Shown here: piece by piece, positions 46,176 to 57,752 of the stretch | How positions within the stretch are numbered: the first letter of the stretch is position 1 | Layout: each line of letters opens with the position of its first letter | Assembly (NCBI GenBank): GCA_001949185.1 | Contig: BDGG01000007.1 | Location: 62,001 to 126,000, forward strand | Length of the DNA: 64,000 bases | Origin: Ramazzottius varieornatus | Lineage: Eukaryota; Animalia; Tardigrada | Direction of reading: 5' to 3' | Translations under genes and position numbers: made by a program | Notes under the pieces: model-generated | Database searches by the model: none | The model's input: only the letters and a program-made list of their open reading frames with translations | What the model was told of the DNA's origin: nothing

Positions 46176-47174
46176 ATGTACGCCAGAAGACGTTACAAGT
46201 ATCTGATGATATTCCTTGCGGTGCTTGCGGCATGCTTTATTTTCTTGTTGATTTGGAATACGACACTTATACAGCGGCCTGAGCAGCCGTGGCTAAATTA
46301 CCAATGGACATACTCTAGAGGAGGGGACCGAACTTCGTGTGCGACTGCATCGAACGTGCCTCCCCCCGGAAACGGGTTAATCGTTCATTACGTCAGGTTC
46401 TATCCAGTGCCGAATCCCAATCAGAAAGACCATGCACTGAACGTCCTGGATTGTTTCAGCATCTATTCCGTTTTAGTCAACCTAAAACCTCAGTTGATCT
46501 ACCTACACACCAATGTTCCGTCCTTTTGGCCATTCGTCACCTGCGAATCTTTACTGGAGGTGACAATTGATTGGTCCCCTGTCAAAGTCCTCTGCGCACC
46601 ATTCCAGTTCACCGTCAGTGGTAAACGCATATCGTTGATCGAACACGAAGCCGACATTCGGAAGTTCAAAGCTGTGGAAGAGCACGGAGGTTTAGTGCTG
46701 GACTTTGATGTGTACATCATCGACGGAACACTGGTGCGCAATTTAATGAGGACCAATCCCTGCATCATATGCCACGAAGGAAGCAACGGTAAAGTCAATG
46801 CTGGGTTCTTCGGCTGCCGAAAACCACACTCTGCGTATCCGCGCCTTGTGCTGCAAGAGTCGTATGAGAAGAACTATAATCCCATTTGCTGGGTTTGTAA
46901 CAGTGGGATAATCCCCATGACACTACTAGAGAAGCACGCTGACACGGCGGTTATAGCGGACAACGTCTGTACCGCGCCTAACTTTTGGCAAAAAGAGGAT
47001 TTCAATTCGAGAAGGGATAGGTACAATTGGACGAGCAAGCCCGCCTATCATTCTTACTTTCACAATTCCCGTTTTAGTTTGAAGGATGCGAGGAACCTTG
47101 AATCTAGTCTAGGTGATGTCTTTCGATGGATACTCAAAGGCGGTCCGCCTGAACTAATGGGAAAACAGAACTGA
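46176..47174 (+). CDS. Type II membrane DxD glycosyltransferase (GT32-like), paralog 2
   Basis: N-terminal TM; HEADIRK...HGGLVLDFDVY; single exon. Confidence 0.82.
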   Translation: MYARRRYKYLMIFLAVLAACFIFLLIWNTTLIQRPEQPWLNYQWTYSRGGDRTSCATASNVPPPGNGLIVHYVRFYPVPNPNQKDHALNVLDCFSIYSVLVNLKPQLIYLHTNVPSFWPFVTCESLLEVTIDWSPVKVLCAPFQFTVSGKRISLIEHEADIRKFKAVEEHGGLVLDFDVYIIDGTLVRNLMRTNPCIICHEGSNGKVNAGFFGCRKPHSAYPRLVLQESYEKNYNPICWVCNSGIIPMTLLEKHADTAVIADNVCTAPNFWQKEDFNSRRDRYNWTSKPAYHSYFHNSRFSLKDARNLESSLGDVFRWILKGGPPELMGKQN

Positions 47175-47438
47175 ACAGTTTTGACTGCAAATATCTTGTG
47201 ATGAGAGCCCTGAATGCATTTGCTCTTCTTTTTTGTAGTTTCTGTTCCCGACTATGATAAACCCAAAGACGTACAAGTGTTTACTCTTCATGAGATGTAA
47301 TTTTGCTGAGGACCGATTCACCGGCTGAATTAACGGCAACGGTCCTACTCGTCACCAATGATTATATCAAGACTGCCGCAACGGCTGTTTTTGTGACAGC
47401 ATTGTAGTCGACAATGAGCTTTCAGGCAGTAATGTGTT

Positions 47439-48199
47439 TTAGCCCACTATGACATCAATGGTACCGCAGAGGAAAAACTGCTCATCGAATCCAGTCAGTG
47501 TCACTTCCAGCGGGATCTTTGCTCTGAGCTGTAATTTGGATAAACCGCGTCGTTATGGTCAGTCGGTGTGTTTTTGTGCAGTGAAGACGATGGAACAGCA
47601 TGGACGTCAAACTTACCGACGGAATGCCACGGGGCACGTCGATCTCATCCACCATTTTGTAGATCACTCCGCTTTTCAGCGGACAAATAACGCCACTGAT
47701 AAGGCAAACATCAGGCTGCGGAACCGGAAGTCGTATTTTCCTTCCGAAGATTGTCGCCGACGCAGCCAGTGTGGCTTGCGAAACTTGCTGCTCCTAAATG
47801 TGGAAACGGATCTCTCAAGTCCATCAGTATACCAGAACAACCTCGAAGGTACTTTAATAAAGGTCCACAGTTCATTGTCGCACGTACAGTTATCATGAAG
47901 TCGATTTCCGCTGTGACGTTTTGGCCCTCCGAAAACTCACAAGGGTCGGAAGCGCAAGGAGTGATGTCGACTTTTAGCACCTTTCCATTCTGAGTACCTA
48001 CAATGTTCGACCATGCACGCGTAGCGTGCACAACTGTTTTCGATGCAATCTAGCATAAAAGCACGCAAACTCATGAAACTCGAAGCTTCGAACTCTTACC
48101 GCAATCCTTGAAGGGTATCGTTGTCGCCAGCGAAAGGCCACAAGTAGTGGACAGGACATAAAAGGTGGTCGTAAACAGGTAAACAGGAGAAGATGCCAT
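47439..48199 (-). CDS. NPC2-like ML-domain lipid-binding protein (4 exons)
   Basis: Signal peptide, then FKDC|G, VDITPCASDPC, AEIDF, PDVC..SGVICPLKSG and final FLCGTIDVIVG*; six Cys. Confidence 0.85.
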
Positions 48200-49556
48200 G
48201 TTCAAAGATTGTGGGCTCGTCGTCTAGACCGTAGTTTTCCTCTCCTTAATTTACAAGTCATATACTTCACATGTCAAAAAATCTAACTTTGACACAAGAG
48301 CTGGAGGTGACGAGACCAGTCGCTCTAAACTTGAACACAGTACTATGGATATCGACACACGCTATTCGATTCTTACCTGTCAACGCCCGATTTCACTTCA
48401 GAAGGTCTATTATTTGCAAACAGACTTATCACACTGGAAGATTAGACAACATGCCCGACAGATGATCGTTCAAACAAACCAAGCATTCAGACAACCTACA
48501 GGCTCGAAAGTAGTTTCTCTCGTAGTTCCTTCCGCTGGTCGCAGATCCTGTACGTGTATTCGGCTCGAATTTCAAAGGGCGATCCGCATGCAGAGCTCAT
48601 GGTTGGCTCCTACCTAGGTGCACATCGGAAGCGTGCTGGTTTTATGACTTCCGTAAAGCTATTTCGCTTGGTTCGCATGACTAACAGAATTACATGGAGC
48701 AGAAAAAAACATCAAAGCTCGAATTGTTCCAGTTGAATGGCTATGGTAACGATTTTGCTTTGTCGCAGTATGATACGTGGACCCTGAACAACTGGCGGTA
48801 TGGAAGCTTGCAAATCACGCGCAGCGCCACTCTCATGAGAAAAATGTGTATGCCAGTATATTAACACTTTCAGCACGATCGTTTTCATGTTTGCAGAATA
48901 CTACCGTCCTCTTTATGTATAGGAATTTTATTGGCTGATACCGTGTTGCGGAGGCTGGTCCAACCAGAAGGCAATTTTCGAAATTTCAAAATTCGGGTAA
49001 TTGGCAGACCATGAACGCCAAATCTCAAAATGGAGAACTGGTTGTCTTGATTTTCTTCTGATCGCACTGATGACTAAAAAATTTATCCGAGACTCGGCTT
49101 CGATAGATAAGACTGTCCCAAGTGCTTCAATGTTTTTCTAAGCGAATAACGTGCACGTGTCTCGCGCGAAGAGACGAAACACCAAATTTTACCAAAACCA
49201 CCCGAAACCGTAGAAAAAAAATTCCAGCGTGCTGGGGTTTTGCTGACCGCTGGTCATTAGTGTTGCTTTGGTGAGAAGACCGAGGTACATGCAAACAAAA
49301 AGAACCAGACCCGAAAGACCAAAAGCTAAAACTGGGAGGTGAATAAAATTGAGTGATTGTATACACAAAGAGGACGGTCGTACGCAGAGCGTTAAGAACA
49401 GAGGCGTCGGCAGGAGGAGGTTCTCTTCGTGCGACACCTCGTGTGAAAGATCAATGCTCACAACAGCCATCCGTCAAAAAGCGACAATAGAGAGATTTGT
49501 CCACAGGCTTGAGAATGTTTAGAGAGATAGTGCTTTGGCGTTGCTATCTTTTCTGT

Positions 49557-50165
49557 TCAGGGTATCGGGTTTGCTGTACCAGTTCCCGACCGCGGCGCAG
49601 TGGTAGAAGTGTGGATGCTGAGACAACGAGGAGCATTTCTGCTAAAGGCGGACTGGAGGTTAGATGCGTACAAGGTTGCCGCGAAGGACACTGAAATGGC
49701 ACAAACGTAGGTTGCCATCGTTGCGATGCCTCGTGGTGGGCTGAAAAAGCCAAGTATGGTACCGGACGCTAATGCGGTGGCAAGAATGTTTCCGTATTCA
49801 CAGACGCGCAGCGCTCGAACGGCAGGTAACGAACTGAAGCTGAATCGGCAAGCGTGCTGAGTTTGGATACCAACGCCGGCGCAAGCGAAACCTGTCCAGA
49901 GCCCGGAGTTCAGGATGTCAATTCCACCGAATATTCCACAGTCTGTGACACACAAGGCAGCTGTTATGACACACATGGGGCTGAAATGCATACAGTGTCC
50001 CTTAATTGCGAACTCACCAGTTTTCCTCTCCAAAAGTGCAAGGATGCTCACGCCTAGAACGATTTGAATATAGCCCAAGATTCTCAAAAAAGACCTCTCG
50101 GCGGAGGATTGCTCAAACATTTCGAGCACACATGCGGCCTTGCGAACCTTACTAGTTAAACTCAT
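49557..50165 (-). CDS. CD20/MS4A-like multi-pass membrane protein; 3' end uncertain
   Basis: LGYIQIVLG and SGLWTGF motifs with several hydrophobic segments. Likely in-frame intron at about 50016-49944. Confidence 0.45.
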   Translation of the reverse strand: MSLTSKVRKAACVLEMFEQSSAERSFLRILGYIQIVLGVSILALLERKTGEFAIKGHCMHFSPMCVITAALCVTDCGIFGGIDILNSGLWTGFACAGVGIQTQHACRFSFSSLPAVRALRVCEYGNILATALASGTILGFFSPPRGIATMATYVCAISVSFAATLYASNLQSAFSRNAPRCLSIHTSTTAPRSGTGTANPIP

Positions 50166-51711
50166 GCGCAATTCTGTTTTCGGCTGTAAACTGTACGCAG
50201 TGCATGAACGGAGTAGAAGCGGACTTATATTTGAATACCTAATCGTCACTTTACAAGGCTTATCAGCGACCGGGTACACTCTATTTGTTTTATCGGCGTT
50301 ACCAGCCCGACTTGGAATAGGGATTGCAAGTTTTTGAAAATACCGCAGACATGATGTTATGTATTTCTGAATGTACGAACAAGTGTTACATCGAAGGAAT
50401 TTGAATACGTGCGAACATCGCAACAAGAGCCGTGTCTTTAGGGCCCCTTTGGTACGCTGGCAAACGTCGACGGTCTGGATACAGAAAGCACGTTCAATAT
50501 CAAAGCCGTTTCACTCGTTTTCTAGTTTTTCCACTGTTCTGCTTTTGCATCTGCGGTCCCGAGATGATCCAGAGTTTCGACCACAGCGATGCAAGCCGAA
50601 ACCTCCCAAGCACCGAATACAAGAAGGTTTTATGTCGCTGCCCAGGCAATGCGAACAAACGCATTGTGGCGACATGTAGGTGTCGGTGGCCCAATTTGCA
50701 TACGATCGCGAAAGATTGCTAGTCAAATTGTGCAGAAATTGAGTTCTAAGTTTCAGGACCCCTGACCAATCTCGAACAGCTAATGCGCTTTAGAGTAATG
50801 AACATCGAACAACACGATTCTGAAGTCCATTTAACCAACCAACTACTGGCCAGATCGCTACGTCAGGAAACGATGAAGGGATTCGAGTCTTCGACTGAAA
50901 ACGTTTCGACATCATAGGACGTAAAAGTACACAGGTGATTGTTTCGGCGTTGGGCCCCAAAGTAGGGATACTTCTGCTATCACTCACCCGTAAAATTTTT
51001 CTCCAGCGAATCTTCCTAGAAGTGCGAACAGATTTTGAGACTTTGAGCCACGGCGAGGTACGGCAAATTTACCATGCGATATCCTTCAATAATGTCAGGG
51101 AGAAAAACAGCTCAAAAATTAAGAACAGCTCCTCTACAGTATGTGGCTCATGGTTTCTCGAGCTCTTATTTTGGTGCTGACGCTGCTGGAGTTGTTCGTT
51201 TACGTCCTCCCAGCCTATCGCATCTCGCAAATTGCGCAGAATGAAACGTTTGCTCATTATTGCATGCCAATATGTCCAGATGGGTTTCACGCGCATGAAG
51301 CGTGGCAGAGACCAATACAGTAACTAGCTTACGTGAAGGGGCCCCTCCGGAATAAAGAAGAAATCGAATGTTCGATACGAGCACACTATTTTGGTTCGCG
51401 CCACCTGTTTTCTGAATTATGCTACAAGGCTCTGATTCAAATATTTTTTATCACTGTTGTGTACCAAACCCATTCGCTGTCGACTTGCGAAATTCGATCG
51501 CTGACCTGTAGATCTAGGAGGCTAGGTATACATATGTTGTTCTCAGCGTTCACCAGTCGAGGAGGATGTAGACAATTCCGTTTGTGACACCAGAAGTGAT
51601 AAATACATGCTAATCGTAAAAGTCAGAAAGTCTACAGCTAGGTTCAAGAGGAATTCTATCGATAGATGGGGCGTTGATCTGGCTGACATATGTGCACGAC
51701 ACTAAGACAGG

Positions 51712-52813
51712 CTAAGTTGGTGCTACAGTAGCACCTTCTGGAGTTTCCGGTTGGTTGTCCGCACCAGTAGCCTTCAGTGCTGCCAACTGCCGCTCTTTGT
51801 GCTTGGTTTCTTCTGTCTCAGCTGTGATGCCCTGATTTATAATACTAATAACCTGGAAAATTGCATCATGAGTAACTTCCCGAATGAAGTTTTGTTTGAT
51901 ATGTATGGCACGTACGACTTCTAGCATTTTGTTCCAAGCAGTTTTGTGGATGTGGCCAAAATTATGTCCAAGCTTGAACGCTAGAAAATCGACGGTTGTG
52001 GTATGCAGAGTCTGCAGGGAGTGGGAAGACGTTAGTCGGCCAAATCCAGTTAGACGATAGATGAATTTATCAGTCGAGTCCTACCGTAAAGTGCTCCGCA
52101 ACCATCCCGCGTTTAGCATGATTACGGCCTGTCTGAAATCAAACAAAACTTACAGTACTCGTACGGAAAACGCAAGTATTTTCTACTATGACCTGAACAT
52201 ATATACGTTTCCGACGAACCTTCATTAGCAGCGAAACCAGAATGTCCGGGTCCGCTAGATTGTCTGCAATACGCAATTTGGATGAACAGGGTGATACAAC
52301 TGCTCGTGAACAAAATCATATGTTCGGTACTTCTGTTTATGTATTTCACTCACCAATGACGGCGGTAAAAGCGCTGCAAAAGCGAAATATGCATGAAGTC
52401 ACGTGCGCGTATATGGTAGTGGCGATTGTTATATTTCGATAAGATGCACATATGGCTTACTGCATTACTTGAACAGAATGAGCTCTCAGTTTATGGCTCT
52501 TTCCAACATCCTGTAAACGAACGTCCCGGAGACTCTCAAACGCATTCTTGTATTCTGGATAGCGGCTGAAGTATCTACAGCACAAATGGCAACAGTGGCA
52601 GACTTGGTGCACTCCATTCGAATCCGTGGTATAATCTGGGGTAAGTCATCTAACTCACCGAACAAAAAGCTCAACACCATTGCCTTTCAGGTCTCTGTAC
52701 ACAAGTCTCCAGTTCTCTTGTATAGCACGTTTCTCACGTTCGGTCAAGCCGGTAACCTTGTCGGGAGCGTCCAGTCGTGTGGCTGGAAGAAATCGACTTA
52801 CTCCACTTCCCAT
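51712..52813 (-). CDS. Globin, 7 coding exons, MGSGVS N-terminal extension
   Basis: Spliced product GLTEREKRAIQENW...LFVR|YFSRYPEYKNAF (CD1 Phe)...LRAHSVQVMH (E7 His)|AFTAVI|DNLADPD..LLMK|TGRNHAKRG (F8 His)..HFT|...AWNKMLEV|VISII. Confidence 0.9.
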
Positions 52814-53415
52814 CAATCTCATAAGTGCAGATAACGGATGAACGTCATATGCTGGGTTCCACGAATCAGCACAAATGGGGAAAAAAATTTCGAGCAAACA
52901 CGCTCAGCATTTTCCTGCCAAACCAAGAAGTATTGTGTGCTTTCGCAAAATGCTCGGTGTGTTAATCAAACCTGACAACCAAGTATTTTCCGGATTATAT
53001 AGGAAGGTATGACATACTGCAGTGTAATTGGAAGATTCATTCTAGAATGCGGCCGATGCCGTTACCTTAGTGATCAAGCGACAACCCTATGAAGTTTCAA
53101 AGCTTCAGACGAACGATTTTTCCAGGCTTGTACAGCTTGTACATCGTTCGCAGTCACCCTCATTATATCATGCGAACACTTTTCTGCCCAAGAAATCTGC
53201 TGCCAGTTAGACATAATGGTGAGCCGTTTCCTAGTTGAACTTCAAAGTTATGGAAACAGGCAGAAGGTCATCGAGTCCGAATTTGCGGTGCGAGAAAGTT
53301 TTTCCGGAAATGACCAGTTTTTTGCCCGCGTGAGACGTTGTTGTTGAATCGATGACACTTGATATACTCCCAACTAACAGCATGGCAAAAGCCGATTTCG
53401 GAATCTGTTGACACT

Positions 53416-53925
53416 ATGGTGAGTTTCTACCGAATCAGTTATGGCGTTAGCAGTAGCAAAGACGGGCGTGGTTACTGCTTGTTCGGAATTGCGCTACTTT
53501 TATTGTGCACGGTAAAACGGTGCGAGGGTCTTCCTGATCCATCGCAAGCTGAACCTCATGAGGCTCCTTCAAGTAACCAGGAAGCGCGCGAGTTGGAAAA
53601 AGCAGTAGCTTACGTCTACGGTAGCATGCCGAGTTTTCTCAAAAGATTTCTGAGTGAGATACTCGGGGTAACGGCAGACCTGCCTTATGGGCAATTTTTT
53701 GATGACGAAGGACCTGAGCAGTGGATGAAGAAACTTGGATACGAGGAATTGGACTGCTCTGCATACGACCTGAATGGAGCCTGTACGAGGATGATTTCCT
53801 CTGAATGTTATCAACCATATGGAAGAACCAAAGTCTATAATGGTGACTGTTCTGCGTGTTCTTACGGTCAAGATACGTACTCCAAAGTATTATGGGTGAA
53901 GCACACTCACTGCGAGAACTTCTGA
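53416..53925 (+). CDS. Uncharacterised secreted protein with a Cys-rich C-terminal region
   Basis: Hydrophobic signal (LFGIALLLLC) and six C-terminal Cys in an open frame. The ATG is followed by GTGAGT, so an intron right after the start codon is possible. Confidence 0.5.
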   Translation: MVSFYRISYGVSSSKDGRGYCLFGIALLLLCTVKRCEGLPDPSQAEPHEAPSSNQEARELEKAVAYVYGSMPSFLKRFLSEILGVTADLPYGQFFDDEGPEQWMKKLGYEELDCSAYDLNGACTRMISSECYQPYGRTKVYNGDCSACSYGQDTYSKVLWVKHTHCENF

Positions 53926-54859
53926 ACTCTTAGCGCACTAAATCCAGGAGCAACATCATGTTCCCACGTTAAATATGTACTGATCAATCGACAATTAAAT
54001 TACAGTGGTCAAAGAGTACTGTAGCCAGGGTCGGTTGAGTACTGGTCTGGGAGGTTGCTCGAACGGTTAAAATGGCCTTAGCTTTATGAGAAACTTCACA
54101 CAAGCTTTGCCGCAACAAGGAAACCAATGTTTTGATTGGTCAGGTCCGTGCACTTCGCCGCCCAGTGGTTGTAAGGTGGTGCGTGATAACCGTGGTAACT
54201 TACAATGAGACGCGACAAGCACATGTAAACACCACTGGCAGGAGTCAACTGACGCAGCCATTGCATCAGACCTGTAACGTCATCAGTTCCGATGGACGTC
54301 TCAGTAATCTCCCCGAAGCAGAGTCCGCTGATTTTTTCCTCCAGGTACAGTTGCCCGTCTCAGCTCGACTTGTGTATCGTGGTGCATGAGCCTTCCAGGT
54401 TCATGGAAGGTGCGCGACAACTACATGCGTACATATACATTCCTGTTATCCAAAGTGTGAAGTCATCAGTTCCGTTGGGAGTGTCGACACATTTCCGCCT
54501 GCTCAATATGTTCCTGTTTCCCGGAGTGAACGACGAAAAATAAGCGCTCGACAGTGTAGTATGTTCTGCATAGACTGTATTATAGTGTTCACCGCATATC
54601 GCGCACTGAACCACGTGATGAGTCAGCGTTGCCCATTATGATCCGATGTTATTAGTCTCTCTAACTCTGACCTAGAGATCATTCCTTGTTCACACGGCCG
54701 AGTGCGAGACAGTTCCGGAGCCCTGCGTATACAGCCTGCGGTCACCGTCGTTTTGCGGCCACGTCTGACGAGTCGCACTACCTTTCTTAGCTGTACCATC
54801 AACAGTTCTTTCGACATTGTGCCTTTCGTACCCAGTCTTCCTCACGTCGTGTTCGAAGC

Positions 54860-55220
54860 GGTCCCGTCAATAGTCACTTTTAGCAGGTCCATCACCTGCA
54901 GCCTCCTGGCTGTCGCCACCCTATCCGTTCTCCGGACACCCTTCAACTACTATCTCCTTCTTGCCGATCTATTTCTATTTCTGTACCACATTTTCTCCAA
55001 TCTCCAAGCCTACTGCGGTTACTGGTCATTCAGCGTCCGTGCTTGTGCTTGCTGCATCTTGTGTTTTTTTCCCTCGGCTGGAATCTTCGACCGAACCTGG
55101 GCAATGGTTTTCTCTTCACTGTCGAACACGTACCACTAAATCCGTCCCCATGTTCCTTTATGCTCCGGTCTGGGTTGATAGCGTTTCCTGAAATATTTCT
55201 TATTGTTCTTGTGTCGTCTC
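54860..55220 (+). pseudogene. Class A GPCR fragment (TM1-TM4), degenerate
   Basis: LRTPFNYYLL.ADL, GYWSF...AC and DRTWA (DRY-like) motifs with deletions; cut off by the element at 55231. Confidence 0.55.
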
Positions 55221-55230
55221 TACTTAAGTA

Positions 55231-56000
55231 CGAGGGAGAGGTTGTCGAGTGGGCGACACCACTTTGGAGTTACAGAGTGGGCCAGTCAGTTTTTTCGCTA
55301 AATATCCACTATTTCCGTAAAGTTTTCCGATGAAACGCTGGAGAATATCTTTTTGTATGTCTGTGCACACGTTACTAGCAGAGCAAAATTCAGATGCTCG
55401 AGATGAGATGCCCGATCTGGAAAATGATCGCATCTCATGTTATAAAGCCTGAGCATAAAATAGTAGAGGCCATAAGAGGCGCTGCTGTCGCCTTTTCGAG
55501 TGACTCACTCAGCAAAACTGAATCGTACAGCAGGGCCAAATTTGCAAAACAAGCATACGAAATCGTTTCTGAGGACATTCTCTCATTCATCTCAAGCATG
55601 TCGTCTCCCAAGCTCGTCATTGCTGCAGAAGCCCAAAAGCAGCTAACGGTTGAAGCTGCAGTTCAAAGCTGGATCGTAAGCAACATACCACAAATCTAAA
55701 CCTGCGGTGTAGCTCGAACCGCCAGTTGAACAAGCGCATTGTGTGTGGTGCCACCCTATACCACAGCTATTTTTGCGGTGGCCCACTCCATAAACCCAAA
55801 ATGATGTGGCCCACTCCATAAACCCAAAATGATGTGGCCCACTCCATAAACCCAAAATGATGTGGCCCACTCCATAAACCCAAAATGATGTGGCCCACTC
55901 CATAAACCCAAAATGATGTGGCCCACTCCATAAACCCAAAATGATGTGGCCCACTCCATAAACCCAAAATGATGTGGCCCACTCGATGAACTCTCCCTCG
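55231..56000. mobile_element. 770-bp non-autonomous TIR element, TA TSD, termini related to the pogo-like element at 57753
   Basis: Left end CGAGGGAGAGGTTGTCGAGTGGGCGAC; right end (reverse complement) CGAGGGAGAGTTCATCGAGTGGGCCAC. TA at 55229-30 and 56001-02. Confidence 0.82.
55778..55984. repeat. 28-bp perfect tandem repeat x7.4, subterminal in the TIR element
   Basis: GTGGCCCACTCCATAAACCCAAAATGAT, head to tail with no spacers. Confidence 0.97.
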
Positions 56001-56596
56001 TAGTCTATAAAAGCTGGTTGGCGTAAAGACTGACTAGGTCTGGCGGACTGTAGGGTACGGTAAGACTGCAGCAGTAATGTCAGTGGTAACAGTGAAGGGA
56101 CTGTAAAGTGAAGACCTAGAAGACGGTATTCGGTAGCGGTAGTAACAGGCTTGCCCGGCGCCAGCGGACTCGACGCGGAACGTACACCCAAATTCCGACT
56201 CTGAAATACCACTGGAAAATCGATGGTACGAGTACTGAAACAAAACGATGGAATGAATTCATATCAATGAAATTATGCAACACTAGGCGCGTCCCGTAGG
56301 CAAAATTTTGTCGTAAAAATCTGCCTAATAGAAGAGGATGCGAACTTTTGACCAGACGTCACGACCCGAGTCGTTGGCTCCGGTCGGCACAAACACCTCG
56401 ACCCGGTACCTGGATAAACCCGGCCGAAAAAGTTATCATGCAGAAATATCAATAGCAGGGAGAGAGTCGGGCGCAGACAGACTGACAACAGACAGTTAGC
56501 TAAGAGCATCCGAGCACTTTTTGCCGTACTTTTGCCGAAAAACCCTTGAGTTTCAGGTATTTGTTGACCAATTATAGTAAAAAGTTCTCAGATGCT

Positions 56597-56986
56597 CAGT
56601 CTCAGTTTGGACTCTGGGGGACTGAAACGGAATTGTATGGGATATCAGTTTCACAGACTGGGACTAACAAGGGAAGTGCGGGAGGGCTTTCCTCAAATCC
56701 TCTGGCTCGTTTTCCCAAAAAATAGAAGATGTGTCAGAGTGCTACCATGAAGCATTTCAAAACGCGTTTCTCACACATTCTAAAAAGTTTTCGACTTTAC
56801 CAAATGGTATTCCGCCAATCGTAACGCCTCTTGAAGGAACCCGGGATCATGGGTTTCCTTTCGCCCAAAGATTCGCACCCAACCCCAGGATCCGCAAAGA
56901 GCATTCCCGCATTTTCCTTGTTAGTCCCACGGACTGGAACTGATATCCCTTGCATTCCAGTTTCAGTCCCCAGACTCGGACTGATA
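56597..56986. mobile_element. Foldback/MITE-like element with about 75-bp imperfect inverted arms
   Basis: CTGGGGACTGAAAC..GGGATATCAGTT..GGGACTAACAAGG versus CCTTGTTAGTCCC..AACTGATATCCC..GTTTCAGTCCCCAG. Confidence 0.65.
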
Positions 56987-57752
56987 TCGGCAGCAAATCG
57001 GTTACAGTCTCTACATTGGAGTTTCAGTCCCTTCTCGCTCTAGTCTTAGCCTCTGCCCGGACGAACCAGTCTCTGTGTTTTAAATTTCAGTCCAAGGCAC
57101 TAGACTGTTAATTCAGTCTGGTCCCGAGATTAAAACTCAAACGGATTTAAAAACTGATATTCTATTAGTCCCGGATCGAAAATGAATACAACTGTGTGTA
57201 ATGTCCGACATGTGATTATCGGCTCGTGGTCGGGTCGGTTAACCCGGACAAACCCGGACAAACCCGGCTTCGCCTACGTCATCGATTGGGTGCAGTGTAC
57301 GTACATGGTAAACACGTGTTTGAGTAATCAGGCTCAACACTGCCATTCCCCACCTGGTTTTTCCACATCGAAATTCTCCAGCGGTATGGATGTATCAGTT
57401 TTCACTCTAGGATGTAAACACGTCGTCTGTCTCGCCGGCTTTGACTCAAATTCTACGTCGTAAGCGCTTCTGCTGCCTCCACTGCTGTTTTTCTGAATAT
57501 GCTTACGAGACTTTGTCGCTGTATTTCAACTGCGGGATAACAGTACACAGCTCGAACCGGCCGGAAGTCAATCGATCAGCAATTCTACTAAAAGCACGGT
57601 GTAGAAAAACCGGTCAGAAGTAGATGGCCACAAAGATCGCAGCAGAGTAACAGCACGTCTGTAATGAGTCATGATCGGATGTAGAGTGTAAAACTCGTTA
57701 GACTACACGCACGACGGGAAATTATGGATCAGGCTTTCTCGCTATCGCGGTA

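Noticed and set aside
51141-51323. Small ORF with a signal-like N-terminus
   Set aside because: Short, abuts a dispersed repeat and has no recognisable domain; support is insufficient.
55778-55984. CRISPR-like 28-bp repeats
   Set aside because: The units are contiguous with no spacers, there are no cas genes, and the array lies inside a TIR element in eukaryotic DNA.
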